From positions 1 through 60,887 of the IMG/VR virus record IMGVR_UViG_3300042476_000233: a DNA stretch of 60,887 nucleotides; one strand, 5' to 3'. Source of the DNA: a virus (taxonomy: Duplodnaviria > Caudoviricetes). Both the position numbers and the translations under genes were made by a program. The notes under the pieces are model-generated. The model saw only the letters and a program-made list of their open reading frames with translations. It searched no databases and was not told where the DNA came from. This document shows, one piece after another, positions 18,258 through 27,201 of the stretch. Position 1 is the stretch's first letter. Each line of letters begins with the position of its first letter.

Positions 18258-20716
18258 TTAGTGGGCGTTTCCCTTCGTCGTTGTTGGGCCTCTTGCGCTT
18301 TGGCCTTTGCGATGTCGATGCCCATGCGGACACCTTCACGTTCTTGTTGCGCGACGAGCATCGCCTTGTCCTTCTCGATGTCAGCCTGCGTTTTCATAGC
18401 GCGAAGCTGCAGGTCACCCTTTACCTTCTCCTGCTCAAGCTCTTGCTTGTCGGCCATCGCCGAGGCGTCGAGCATGATCTTCTGCGCCTTAAGTTTGAGT
18501 TCCTCTTGGCGGAGCATCAGTTCTTGCTGCTGCATCTGGATCACCGGGTCTTGCGCTTGCTGCTGGGCCTGCATCATCGCGGCCTGCTGCTGGCTCTGAG
18601 CCACGACCTGATTCGCCGCCTGCGCCATCATGGTGGACAGCGCGATCTCCACCTGCGGCGGGAGCTTCTCGTCCTCGGGAGGCAGCGGCATGCCCAACTG
18701 CGCTTCGATCTGCTTGCGCATCTTGAAGCCGATGTGCTCAGCGATGTGCGCTTGCAAGGCAGCAGCCAACTGCTGCGCCTGTGGGTTCTGACCCAACTGC
18801 GCGGCGATCATCGGGTCTTGCATCATCATGTTGTGCACGGCGATGTGAGCGTCGTGGTCTTGGTGCAAGAACGCCTTGACGGGCTTGAGCTTGAGGATGT
18901 TCTGGTTCTCGGTGACCGGGTCGATGGGCTTCTGGTCTTCCTCCAGCGGCACGATCTTCTCGGCGTTCTTGATGCCCAGCACCTCCAACATCCCACGGTG
19001 AAGCTCAGGCAGGTTGTAAATCTGCGGAGCCATCTGCGCCATCTGGATGGCGGCTTGGAACTGAACGACGCGCTGCGACAGCGTGGCAGCGTTGGGATCG
19101 CTGACGGGGATGACGTCAACGAGGTCGTAGTCGCTCTGCTTGGCACGCTTCGATCCGTACTCGGGATCGTAGGTGTAGTCCGGGTCCGTGTAGTCGCGGA
19201 TCAGGTTCTTCAGGAGCTTGAACTCCTGCTTGAGCGAGAAGTGCGTACGGGCCTGGACGGCGGTGAGAACTTTGAGTTGGCGTTCGAGCAGGGCCAGCGT
19301 TGTACCCACGGGCGCCTGCGCCGACATGTCGGCCACCTTCATGTCTGCGGTGGCAGCGAAGCGACGGCCTTCCTCGACGATATTCCCGAGCAACTGATAC
19401 AGGACGCCGGACGGCTCCTTGTACGGCAGGGGTAGGATGCTGTCGCGGATGTTGCCACTAGCGACGTCCACGTCGCGGAACTCGCCCGGAGCGATGGGGG
19501 TGTCGTCGCCCTTGATCCGCAGCCCTCGGCTCTTCAAACCTCCGGGGAGATTAGAAAGAGTACCAGCGTCCACCAGTTGCCTCATCAGCGACGTGGCGCT
19601 CTTGGCAAAACCGCCAATCAGGTGGAACAGGCCAAAGCCATACGCCCCGAAGCCGGGGACGTACTGGTAGTGCACGAAGTGCTGGCGCTTGAGTTTGAGT
19701 GCGTCGTCTTCCTGCCAGTTCCGGCGGATCGCCAACACATCGTTCGTGCCCTTGATCATGGTCACGACGTACGGCAGCGCGATCTCGGAGTCTTCTCCTT
19801 CGCCGTATTTGTCTTGCTTGATGTTCAGGTCTACGTGAATCTCGTAGAGCGTGAAGCGATCATCGTTGAGGTCGCGGAAGCCAGTCTCTTTGTCCTTGGC
19901 CTGCTGGATGTCGGTCTTGTTCTTGTCGGGCTCGCCAAGCTCGACGTCCCTATAGAACCCAGCTTCCTGCAGCTTGATGATGTCGTTCTTGGTTTTCCGC
20001 ATGACGTGCGTCAAGCGGTAGCAGGTGTCCATGTCGGTGGCGCCGTACGGCAGGATGATGTCCTCCGCAGGCACGAACATGCTGACCTGTCGGCCCAGGT
20101 TCGGGTCGTAGTACACCTTCTTGAAGGCACTGCCAGTGGCCGGGAGGCTCCACAGCATGCGCTCGTGCTCAGGCCGGAACTCCTTCATGACCTCGGTCAA
20201 CTCGAAGTTCATGTCGTCCTCGACGCGGACAGCGGCCTCTTTCACCTCGGGTGTGTCCTTGCCGATGATCTTGGTTTTCACCGGGCCCTGTGCGGGGAAC
20301 GTCTCGGTGATCATCTCGGACTGGAACTTGACCACGGCCTCCGTGATCATCGGGTGGAACACGCCGCATGCGCCGTTCCACGGCTCTGTCCGCTCTTCGA
20401 TCTGCAAGCCCAACAGCTTCAGGCCATCGACGTATGCCTTCTCCCACTCCTTGCGGGAGCCAACGTCTTGCGTGATGTCGGCAGACAGGTCAGAGCCCAG
20501 CCCTTCGATGAAGGATGAGTCAAGCTCCTCAGCCAAGTTGGCATCGAAGCCGCCGCCTTCGGGTTCTTCTGGGGTGAGGCTGATCTCTAGCCCATCGATG
20601 CCGATGTTGACTTCGTCTGGGTTAACGATCTCGATCTCCAACTCAGGCTCAGCCTGCGCCATCTCTTCCAGACCCACGGGCGCGCCGTACAGCGCCTTGT
20701 CGATGTTCGTTGCCAT
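18254..20716 (-). CDS. portal protein
   Basis: 820 aa after terminase; HPMITEAVVKFQ, GSAFKKVYYD, GFGAYGFGL, Gln-rich C-terminal barrel. Confidence 0.88.
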   Translation of the reverse strand: MATNIDKALYGAPVGLEEMAQAEPELEIEIVNPDEVNIGIDGLEISLTPEEPEGGGFDANLAEELDSSFIEGLGSDLSADITQDVGSRKEWEKAYVDGLKLLGLQIEERTEPWNGACGVFHPMITEAVVKFQSEMITETFPAQGPVKTKIIGKDTPEVKEAAVRVEDDMNFELTEVMKEFRPEHERMLWSLPATGSAFKKVYYDPNLGRQVSMFVPAEDIILPYGATDMDTCYRLTHVMRKTKNDIIKLQEAGFYRDVELGEPDKNKTDIQQAKDKETGFRDLNDDRFTLYEIHVDLNIKQDKYGEGEDSEIALPYVVTMIKGTNDVLAIRRNWQEDDALKLKRQHFVHYQYVPGFGAYGFGLFHLIGGFAKSATSLMRQLVDAGTLSNLPGGLKSRGLRIKGDDTPIAPGEFRDVDVASGNIRDSILPLPYKEPSGVLYQLLGNIVEEGRRFAATADMKVADMSAQAPVGTTLALLERQLKVLTAVQARTHFSLKQEFKLLKNLIRDYTDPDYTYDPEYGSKRAKQSDYDLVDVIPVSDPNAATLSQRVVQFQAAIQMAQMAPQIYNLPELHRGMLEVLGIKNAEKIVPLEEDQKPIDPVTENQNILKLKPVKAFLHQDHDAHIAVHNMMMQDPMIAAQLGQNPQAQQLAAALQAHIAEHIGFKMRKQIEAQLGMPLPPEDEKLPPQVEIALSTMMAQAANQVVAQSQQQAAMMQAQQQAQDPVIQMQQQELMLRQEELKLKAQKIMLDASAMADKQELEQEKVKGDLQLRAMKTQADIEKDKAMLVAQQEREGVRMGIDIAKAKAQEAQQRRRETPTK

Positions 20717-20732
20717 GTCTGGCCTTTCCTAA

Positions 20733-22274
20733 TCAGTAGTACGCCGCCTTGCGTGGCGCGAAGTAGCGTTGTTCGTCTTGCTCGTCGGATTCGAGGCTGA
20801 TGAAGCCCCCTTGACGGAAGCGCAGGAGCGCCTGTGTCGTAGTGTCCACGAAGTCGTCGTTCTCGCCTACAGGGAACGCCGCCATCTCCTCGATCACCTC
20901 CCGGGCCCAGCGCGTGTCGGGCGCCCAGACTTTCCCAGAAAAGAACAGGTCAGCCACCGCGTTCATCCGCACCACCTTGTCGTTGCCACGCGACGGTGTG
21001 TACTCAGCCACGGGGATGCCCATATTCCTCAGTTCGTAGATCAGCGGCGCGCCTGCGGCTTTCTTTTCCACGATGAACGCGTCTGGCTCCCACTCCTTGT
21101 AATGCTTGAGCGCGACTTGCTTGAGTTCGGGGAACGCCATCCGGTCTTTGAAGGCATCGAGAAGTATGAGTTGGGGAGAATCCCCTTCCTCTTCGTTGTA
21201 GAACACGCCCCAGGTGGTGCAGGCGCTGAAGTCGGAGGTGGTCTTTGTCTCGAACGCCGTGTCCCAGGACTGGATCACGTACTCGCACCGGGGTGGGTCG
21301 TCTTTTGGCCACATCCGCCAGTGATGCCGCCCCACGATGGCAGACGAGTCTGCCGTAGGCTGCTGCATGTACTGCGCGTTCCAGAACCTGGGGTCAAGGT
21401 TGGCCTTTTTGGACTTGAGTTGGTCCAGTGGCCACTGGTCTGGCCACAGAGATTTCTCTGTGTCGGTGCCTTCGTTCAGGATCGCGGGCAGTTCCACGAT
21501 CTCCCACTGGTCGGCGTCGGGGTTCTTGGTCTGGTAGTCAATGAGACGGCCAGTGAGGTCGAGCAGCGACCACCGCGTCATGATGACGATGATGGCGCCC
21601 CCTGGCATCAAGCGTTGCAGCGGGCCTGTTTGGAACCAGTTCCACGCCGTATCGAAGGCCAGTCTCGAATTTATTTTTACGTCTTGCTCAGAGTGAGGAT
21701 CGTCAATAACAAACAGATCAGCGCCGCGACCAGCCAGAGCACCACCGACACCAGCAGCGTAATACTGGCCTCCCTTGGAGGTTGACCACTTCCCGGCGGC
21801 TTTTTGGTCTTCGGCAACACAGGTTTCGGGGTACAACTCAGCGTATTCGTCGCTGGCGATCAGGTTTCTGATGCGCCGACCAAAGTCTTCGGACAGGCCC
21901 GCCGTGTGCGTGCCCATGATGATCTTCTTCTCTGGGAAGCGCCCCAGAAAGTATGCGGGAAAGAGGTAAGAACTGAACTCGGACTTACCCATACGCGGGG
22001 CGATGTTGATGATCACCCGCTTTTTCTTGCCCGCAAGCACGTCCTCGAAGATGCGCGCCAGCTTTTTGTGGTGTGGGCCCACCTTGAACCCCGGATAGAC
22101 GTGCTTGGCGAACTCAATCAGGCTGGTTTTGGCCAGTTGGCGCGACATCCTGCGCTCGCGCTCTTCGAGCGCCTCAAAAAGCTCGACTTTCTCCTGCAAA
22201 GACAGCGTCGGCAGCGCCGCCTGGAGCGCCGCAAGCTCGCGCGGGGTCAGGCTAGTTAGATTCTGCAGGTTCAT
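20733..22274 (-). CDS. terL: terminase large subunit
   Basis: Walker A APRMGKSE, Walker B FVIDDPH, nuclease SWDTA and DDFVDTTTQAL; start placed at MNLQNL. Confidence 0.95.
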   Translation of the reverse strand: MNLQNLTSLTPRELAALQAALPTLSLQEKVELFEALEERERRMSRQLAKTSLIEFAKHVYPGFKVGPHHKKLARIFEDVLAGKKKRVIINIAPRMGKSEFSSYLFPAYFLGRFPEKKIIMGTHTAGLSEDFGRRIRNLIASDEYAELYPETCVAEDQKAAGKWSTSKGGQYYAAGVGGALAGRGADLFVIDDPHSEQDVKINSRLAFDTAWNWFQTGPLQRLMPGGAIIVIMTRWSLLDLTGRLIDYQTKNPDADQWEIVELPAILNEGTDTEKSLWPDQWPLDQLKSKKANLDPRFWNAQYMQQPTADSSAIVGRHHWRMWPKDDPPRCEYVIQSWDTAFETKTTSDFSACTTWGVFYNEEEGDSPQLILLDAFKDRMAFPELKQVALKHYKEWEPDAFIVEKKAAGAPLIYELRNMGIPVAEYTPSRGNDKVVRMNAVADLFFSGKVWAPDTRWAREVIEEMAAFPVGENDDFVDTTTQALLRFRQGGFISLESDEQDEQRYFAPRKAAYY

Positions 22275-22872
22275 CCGGGGTTTCCGGGGCTTGAGCAGGC
22301 GTGTTTTCGATGTCTTCCACCGGTTCTGCCACATCAATCACGTCCGTGACCTGCATGAAGCGGTTGATCTTGTCCTTTATCTTGGCTTCGATCTCGGCAT
22401 CGGACAGGGTGTTGTTTTTAACTTCGACCCTTTCTGTAAACAACGCCACTTCAGTGACCCGCCCGAGCATGTCGAGCGCCTTCAGCCGGATTTTTGCGTC
22501 GGGGTGCTTGGTTTCCTCAAGGATTTGGCTCACGGCGTAGCCGCGAAGCTCCTTGGCCTGCTCCACAAACTCCCAGTCATAGGCGGTCAGCATCCCCGTC
22601 AGGTGCCGGACGGCAGGCGGGGTCTTCAACTGCATCAGCGCCTTGCGCTGTTCCTCGGGTGTTTGGGTGGTCAGCGCGGAAAACGCTTGCTGCGCCGTTG
22701 AGGCGGCTGCTGATTTCAGGGCGTCGTCCGTGGAGGGGGCGCCCATTTTCTCCAACCAGTCAGCAGTATTTAGCTGAGCGGCGACGATGTCGTCTGGCGT
22801 GGCCTGAGTTAAAGGAACCACGCTCTGCGGCGTAGCCGGTGGAGGGGTGAAATCCAGCAAGTGTTCAAGCAT
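22252..22872 (-). CDS. terminase small subunit (putative); alternative start at 22944
   Basis: Directly upstream of terL; IRLKALDMLGRVTEVALFTERVEV helical motif. Confidence 0.65.
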   Translation of the reverse strand: MLEHLLDFTPPPATPQSVVPLTQATPDDIVAAQLNTADWLEKMGAPSTDDALKSAAASTAQQAFSALTTQTPEEQRKALMQLKTPPAVRHLTGMLTAYDWEFVEQAKELRGYAVSQILEETKHPDAKIRLKALDMLGRVTEVALFTERVEVKNNTLSDAEIEAKIKDKINRFMQVTDVIDVAEPVEDIENTPAQAPETPDEPAESN

Positions 22873-22885
22873 TTCCAAGCGGGGC

Positions 22886-22914
22886 TTGTGACCGAATAGC
22901 GCGGAGTGTATATT
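22886..22914 (+). promoter_or_regulatory. sigma70-like promoter, putative sRNA promoter
   Basis: TTGTGA-17 nt-TATATT. Confidence 0.55.
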
Positions 22915-22920
22915 CGCACC

Positions 22921-23007
22921 CGGCATGTACGCAAGTTGGTTCATGCTTTCTCCTCTCTGTTGCAGGTTGCAACTTCCGCCCCGGCTGAAAAGCGCGGGGC
23001 TTTTTTT
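22921..23007 (+). ncRNA. putative anti-RBS small RNA
   Basis: Bounded by promoter and terminator; contains CATGCTTTCTCCT, the reverse complement of AGGAGAAAGCATG. Confidence 0.45.
22978..23007 (+). terminator. rho-independent terminator
   Basis: GCCCCG...CGGGGC stem followed by T7. Confidence 0.75.
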
Positions 23008-23321
23008 CGCCCGTGTGTGTCAAAGGTTGGACTGTATTTGTGGGAAATTTTTTGGGGTATAGGGGGGTATTTATTTTGAAAATATATGGGGGTGGGGGGT
23101 TATTTGCGGGTTTGAGATGGAGTTTCTGGAAAATGCGGAGTGCGGTTGGGGATTAGTGTTCATGTGACGATGTCGTCGCCGCCTCAATATCGGGGGGTGG
23201 GGGGTAGGTGGGGGTCGAAATACCCCGAAATCGAGTATCCGGCCCGACCCCGCTTAGGGGGGTTGACCCCTTATATGAAGGGGCTCGATTCACAGGGATC
23301 GAGCTAGACCTTCGCAAACCC

Positions 23322-23341
23322 ATTGCGACATTTGTCGCAAT
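23322..23341. promoter_or_regulatory. palindromic operator, copy 1
   Basis: ATTGCGACA-TT-TGTCGCAAT. Confidence 0.75.
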
Positions 23342-23358
23342 CACCCAGGAGAGAAACC

Positions 23359-23784
23359 ATGAGCACAAAGACAATCACCACGATCATCACCGAAGCACTC
23401 GACTCGGTGCATGCCTACGATGCGGCCATCAGTCAGGCCAGGGAACTGCTCAAGGGCAAGGATCGGGACACCATCAAGGTCACGCTGCTGCCCATCGTGG
23501 CCGCGTACCCCAAGTACGCTGTGCCCATCGTGGACGGCGAAGGCAAGGCCAAAGGCAAGAAGGTGATGGACGGCAAGCATGCCAAGTACAAGACGGCAAG
23601 CAAGGCCCTGGAGCGACTCATCGACGACATCATGGGCAAGACGAGCAACAAGGCCGAGCAGTACGAAATCCCCGAGGAGCTTCTCGCTGCTGCGGTGACC
23701 CTGGTCAAGCGCGCCCGTGGCTACGACGAAAAGGTCATGCGCACCCTGGCCGCTCAAGCCCTGGCCCATGCTTGGACGCTGTGA
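23359..23784 (+). CDS. early hypothetical protein
   Basis: AGGAGAGAAACC-ATG; first gene of plus-strand module. Confidence 0.8.
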   Translation: MSTKTITTIITEALDSVHAYDAAISQARELLKGKDRDTIKVTLLPIVAAYPKYAVPIVDGEGKAKGKKVMDGKHAKYKTASKALERLIDDIMGKTSNKAEQYEIPEELLAAAVTLVKRARGYDEKVMRTLAAQALAHAWTL

Positions 23785-23804
23785 TTGCGACAAGTGTCGC
23801 AATC
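23783..23804. promoter_or_regulatory. palindromic operator, copy 2
   Basis: GATTGCGACA-AG-TGTCGCAATC. Confidence 0.75.
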
Positions 23805-23888
23805 GAATTTTCCTGGCGCAACCCCGAACGCGAGGGGGGTTGCGTTATTCCGACCCTTTCCTCGCCGCTTTTGACACTGGAGGATTCC

Positions 23889-24080
23889 ATGCAAACCATT
23901 CCCCTTCGCCGCGTCAAGCCCGGAGACTTCATCAAGCGCAAGCCTGAAGCCAAAACCGTCTACCGCAGGGGCGACTATGACCGGGCCACCAAGACCTACA
24001 CCCTGGTGGACACCGACGACATCAGCCGCGCCATCTATCTCAAAGCCACCACGCTCGTGGTGGTCGGCTTCACCTACTGA
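23889..24080 (+). CDS. small early protein
   Basis: GGAGG RBS; MQTIPLRRVKPGDFIKRK...VVVGFTY. Confidence 0.75.
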   Translation: MQTIPLRRVKPGDFIKRKPEAKTVYRRGDYDRATKTYTLVDTDDISRAIYLKATTLVVVGFTY

Positions 24081-24090
24081 GGAGTGAACC

Positions 24091-24261
24091 ATGCTTGAAC
24101 TCAAGCAAACCATAGGCAAGGCCGCGCTGTACCGGCGCGAAACCTACAACCACCGAACCACGCCGCTCATCGAGTGGATCGTCAAGGTGGGCGACCGCAC
24201 CGTACGCGAGTGCTCCACCCGCAAGGAAGCACTGACTTGGCTCAACATCTACAAGGACTAG
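24091..24261 (+). CDS. small early protein (56 aa, below ORF-track cutoff)
   Basis: GAGGAG RBS; MLELKQTIGK...WLNIYKD read by hand. Confidence 0.65.
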   Translation: MLELKQTIGKAALYRRETYNHRTTPLIEWIVKVGDRTVRECSTRKEALTWLNIYKD

Positions 24262-24264
24262 ACC

Positions 24265-24438
24265 ATGCCCCACACCAACCGCCACCAACAGCGTGCCCTG
24301 CGCGGCATGCACCCAAACCCCAAGGCCAAGGAGGAACTCAACAGGATCAGGGAACGCCTAATCCGCGAGATCGAGGAGCGCGAAGGCAAGGAGGAGATCA
24401 AGTACTGGGAGCGCAGGACTTGGCTGCGCACCCCTTGA
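24265..24438 (+). CDS. small early protein (57 aa)
   Basis: MPHTNRHQQR...RTWLRTP read by hand; coupled to upstream gene. Confidence 0.6.
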   Translation: MPHTNRHQQRALRGMHPNPKAKEELNRIRERLIREIEEREGKEEIKYWERRTWLRTP

Positions 24439-24458
24439 TTGCGACATTTGTCGCAATC
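24437..24458. promoter_or_regulatory. palindromic operator, copy 3
   Basis: GATTGCGACA-TT-TGTCGCAATC. Confidence 0.75.
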
Positions 24459-24515
24459 GCCGCCTTTGTCGCCCGACCCTGGGATCGGGCGACATTTTGT
24501 AAGGTTCCTGGTACT

Positions 24516-24800
24516 TGGCCGGGGTGCGAGCAACCGTGGACGCACAAGTGGGTAGCGTAAGTCCTTGATTTGCAAAAACATACACACTACTACTACCACC
24601 TAACCTTTATTTATATATATGTAGTGGTAGGTAAATATTTATGTGTATGTGTGTGACTTCCTTCTGTCCTTCCTTTCCTCCTTTCCCTTTGCTACACTTT
24701 CTGCGCCGAGGGTAGGGTGGTAGTCAACCCCCTTTTCCCTATGCAAATCAACAACTTGCTCTACCCACTTTTGCGTCCACGGTTGCTCGTACCCGGGCCA
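24516..24800. repeat. 59-bp inverted repeat around an AT-rich core; probable replication origin
   Basis: 24516-24574 vs 24742-24800, 52/59 identical by hand alignment; IHF-like WATCAANNNNTTR in each arm. Confidence 0.7.
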
Positions 24801-24835
24801 TTTCCTGTGAAACTACCACCAAACAAGGGTAAACC

Positions 24836-25486
24836 ATGACCTCTGAGATCGACCTTTCCCCCGTCTTCAAGCGGTGTTTGTACTGCGGCAACGAGTACCC
24901 GATCCGCTTCTTCCGACGTTGGCACATGATGAAGTTCCGCGTGATGCCCACCTGCAGTGGCTGCACACCGGCCAAGACACTCAAGCAGATGACCCCGGCG
25001 GAGCGCAAGCGGGCGCTCGAAACATCCCACCGCACCCACTCGGTTGCGTTCATCAATGAGATGAACCAGCGCGAGAAGGATCACAACTACAACAGCAAGC
25101 TCGCCGACCTGCAGTACACGAGGCATGCCCGCAAGCGGCGGGCGAACTGGCGCTTGGCCATCCTTGAGCAGGCGTACACCGAGGTGCGGTGGGCCAGGGC
25201 TGCGCTTGCTCGGTATGGCAAGGCTGTCGAAGGCAGGCCCGAACGAAAACCCTACATCGAGTTTTTCGAGGAGTACATCAAGGTATTGGAAAGCCTTATT
25301 GAATCCGCTGAAGTACGCGCCAATGAAATGGGCGCCCCATTAAAACCAACCGCCGAGGAGAGTAACCCGATTACTTATATCGACCCGTTGATTTTTAGTT
25401 ATTTGAAGGAGTTGTACAACAAATGCCCGGTAATACCGGGAACACGCGCACCACGCGACCCGTGGATTCTGTATTGGAAGAAGTAA
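24836..25486 (+). CDS. Zn-finger hypothetical protein
   Basis: CLYC...CSGC followed by helical region. Confidence 0.7.
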   Translation: MTSEIDLSPVFKRCLYCGNEYPIRFFRRWHMMKFRVMPTCSGCTPAKTLKQMTPAERKRALETSHRTHSVAFINEMNQREKDHNYNSKLADLQYTRHARKRRANWRLAILEQAYTEVRWARAALARYGKAVEGRPERKPYIEFFEEYIKVLESLIESAEVRANEMGAPLKPTAEESNPITYIDPLIFSYLKELYNKCPVIPGTRAPRDPWILYWKK

Positions 25487-25489
25487 AAC

Positions 25490-25511
25490 GATTGCGACAA
25501 ATGTCGCAATC
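25490..25511. promoter_or_regulatory. palindromic operator, copy 4
   Basis: GATTGCGACA-AA-TGTCGCAATC. Confidence 0.75.
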
Positions 25512-25533
25512 ACAACCAACGAAGGAGAAAGCC

Positions 25534-25740
25534 ATGACCAAACCTGAAACCAACTACACCTTTTGGATCGAGACAACCACCGGTGAGGAAACCTACTGGG
25601 ACAGGCTGACCAAGCGCCAAGCCGAGGCGATGTACAACGCCACCCAAAAGAGCGTGCCCGTCAACCTCAAGCGTTGGGGGTGGGGCGCAGTCGAGGAGTT
25701 GAAGCTGGGATATCTGCCGCTGACGGGAGAGACAGCATGA
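25534..25740 (+). CDS. small early protein
   Basis: AAGGAGAAAGCC-ATG. Confidence 0.75.
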   Translation: MTKPETNYTFWIETTTGEETYWDRLTKRQAEAMYNATQKSVPVNLKRWGWGAVEELKLGYLPLTGETA

Positions 25741-25919
25741 AGGTACGAGACTGGGAGTGCGGGTGTGGCCACGCGTGGACTGCCCCGGTAGTGCTCGCCA
25801 AGCACACGCCCAACCTGTCGGGTGAGGCCACGCAGTGGTGTCCTCGGTGTGGCCAGCGCCCAGTGATGGGCTCGCCTGTGAGAGAAGTTCAACCAACCGA
25901 AGAAGGAGAAAGCAAATGA
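25737..25919 (+). CDS. small Zn-ribbon protein
   Basis: ATGA overlap; CGCG...CPRC. Confidence 0.65.
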   Translation: MKVRDWECGCGHAWTAPVVLAKHTPNLSGEATQWCPRCGQRPVMGSPVREVQPTEEGESK

Positions 25920-26557
25920 AGATCAGTGTGACGAGCAAGCTCGACGGCATCAAGTCGTGGTCGCTTGAGGCGTTGGATACGTGTCCTGGTTCGATTGGTT
26001 CTGATGGCGCGCTTGTCCCCGCCTGCAGCGGGTGCTACGCCACAACGGGGAGATACCTCACACCTTCGGTCAAACAACCAAGACAACATAATCGCGAAGA
26101 CTGGCGCCGTCCCGCGTGGACCACGGACATGGTGGCTGCGCTGCAGGGTGAGCGGTTCTTCCGATGGTTCGACAGCGGCGACATGTACGCGCTGCCGCTG
26201 GCCAAGAAAATCCTGGCGGTGATGCGCCAGACGCCCGACACCAAGCACTGGCTACCCACCCGGATGGCGAAGTTCCCGAAGTTCGAGGCGGTGTTGAGTG
26301 AGATGCGGGCGCTTCCTAACGTGGCCGTTCGTTTCTCTTCCGACTCGGTGTCGGGGGACTTCACCCCTGGCGTGCACGGCAGCACGATAGCGCCGTCGGG
26401 GGTAAAGCCCAAACACACCTTCATCTGCGGCGCCTACAACCGCGAAGGCAAGTGCGACGGGTGCCGCGCCTGTTGGGACAAGTCCATCAACGTCATCACC
26501 TACCCCGCACACGGCAGGAAGATGGCCAAGGTCATTCAGATTTCCGGGTCACGGTGA
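25916..26557 (+). CDS. gp88-family protein
   Basis: TSKL..SWSL..CPGS...CSGCYA, FRWFDSGD, HWLPTR, C-terminal CDGCRACW. Confidence 0.8.
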   Translation: MKISVTSKLDGIKSWSLEALDTCPGSIGSDGALVPACSGCYATTGRYLTPSVKQPRQHNREDWRRPAWTTDMVAALQGERFFRWFDSGDMYALPLAKKILAVMRQTPDTKHWLPTRMAKFPKFEAVLSEMRALPNVAVRFSSDSVSGDFTPGVHGSTIAPSGVKPKHTFICGAYNREGKCDGCRACWDKSINVITYPAHGRKMAKVIQISGSR

Positions 26558-26613
26558 CCCGGTTTTGTCGGGGCTTCGGCCCCTTGTTTAACTGCAACTA
26601 GGAGAAACCAACC

Positions 26614-27135
26614 ATGAACAAGATTCAAGCAGCACAACGCAACGCCACCATCAATGCTCATCAGAGCGCCATGCGGGTCGAGCTTGCTCGCCACCCCGAG
26701 GTCAAGAAGATCCTCGCCATGTTCCCCCCTGCCCTGCGCAAGGAGGTGCGCTTCAGCGTCAGTGACTACAGCGACAGCGCCACCTTCATCCTGCGCCTGA
26801 TCGGCCTGGAGTCCTTCAAGGACAAGCAACTGGTCAAGCTGCTCGCCAAGTTCGCAGGGGATGAGTGGGCGTCGCAGACTTCTGACTATGCCAACAGCGA
26901 CACGCCCAATCGGGACTTCAGCTTCAACCGCGAGATCCCCTGGACGCCCAAGCCGAGCAAGCACACGCGTTGGATTGAGAAGAACTGCGGCGCGTACCAC
27001 ATCCCCACCACCTTCAAGATCAGCGTCATGCTGTTCACCTACGTGAAGAGCGACTCGCCGACCTGCCGCATAGTGGTCGAGGGCTACGAGGAAGAAGTCG
27101 TGCGCAAGGAGATCAAGAAGATCGTCTGCGCCTGA
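26614..27135 (+). CDS. hypothetical protein
   Basis: AGGAGAAACCAACC-ATG; 173 aa. Confidence 0.8.
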   Translation: MNKIQAAQRNATINAHQSAMRVELARHPEVKKILAMFPPALRKEVRFSVSDYSDSATFILRLIGLESFKDKQLVKLLAKFAGDEWASQTSDYANSDTPNRDFSFNREIPWTPKPSKHTRWIEKNCGAYHIPTTFKISVMLFTYVKSDSPTCRIVVEGYEEEVVRKEIKKIVCA

Positions 27136-27201
27136 TGAGTGGGGGGCTTCGGCCCCCTTGTTTGGGGACACATGTCCCCGTTTGACTAGGAGAAACCAAC
27201 C

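Noticed and set aside
18239-21785. Long plus-strand ORFs opposite portal and terminase (similar shadows at 11366, 14782, 46349, 47651 and 58159)
   Set aside because: Antisense shadows expected from GC-rich codon bias; no RBS or recognisable motifs.
23208-23888. N-terminal part of the 290-aa ORF 23208-24080
   Set aside because: Overlaps the better-supported 23359-23784 gene in another frame; only the last 63 codons have an RBS and protein-like composition.
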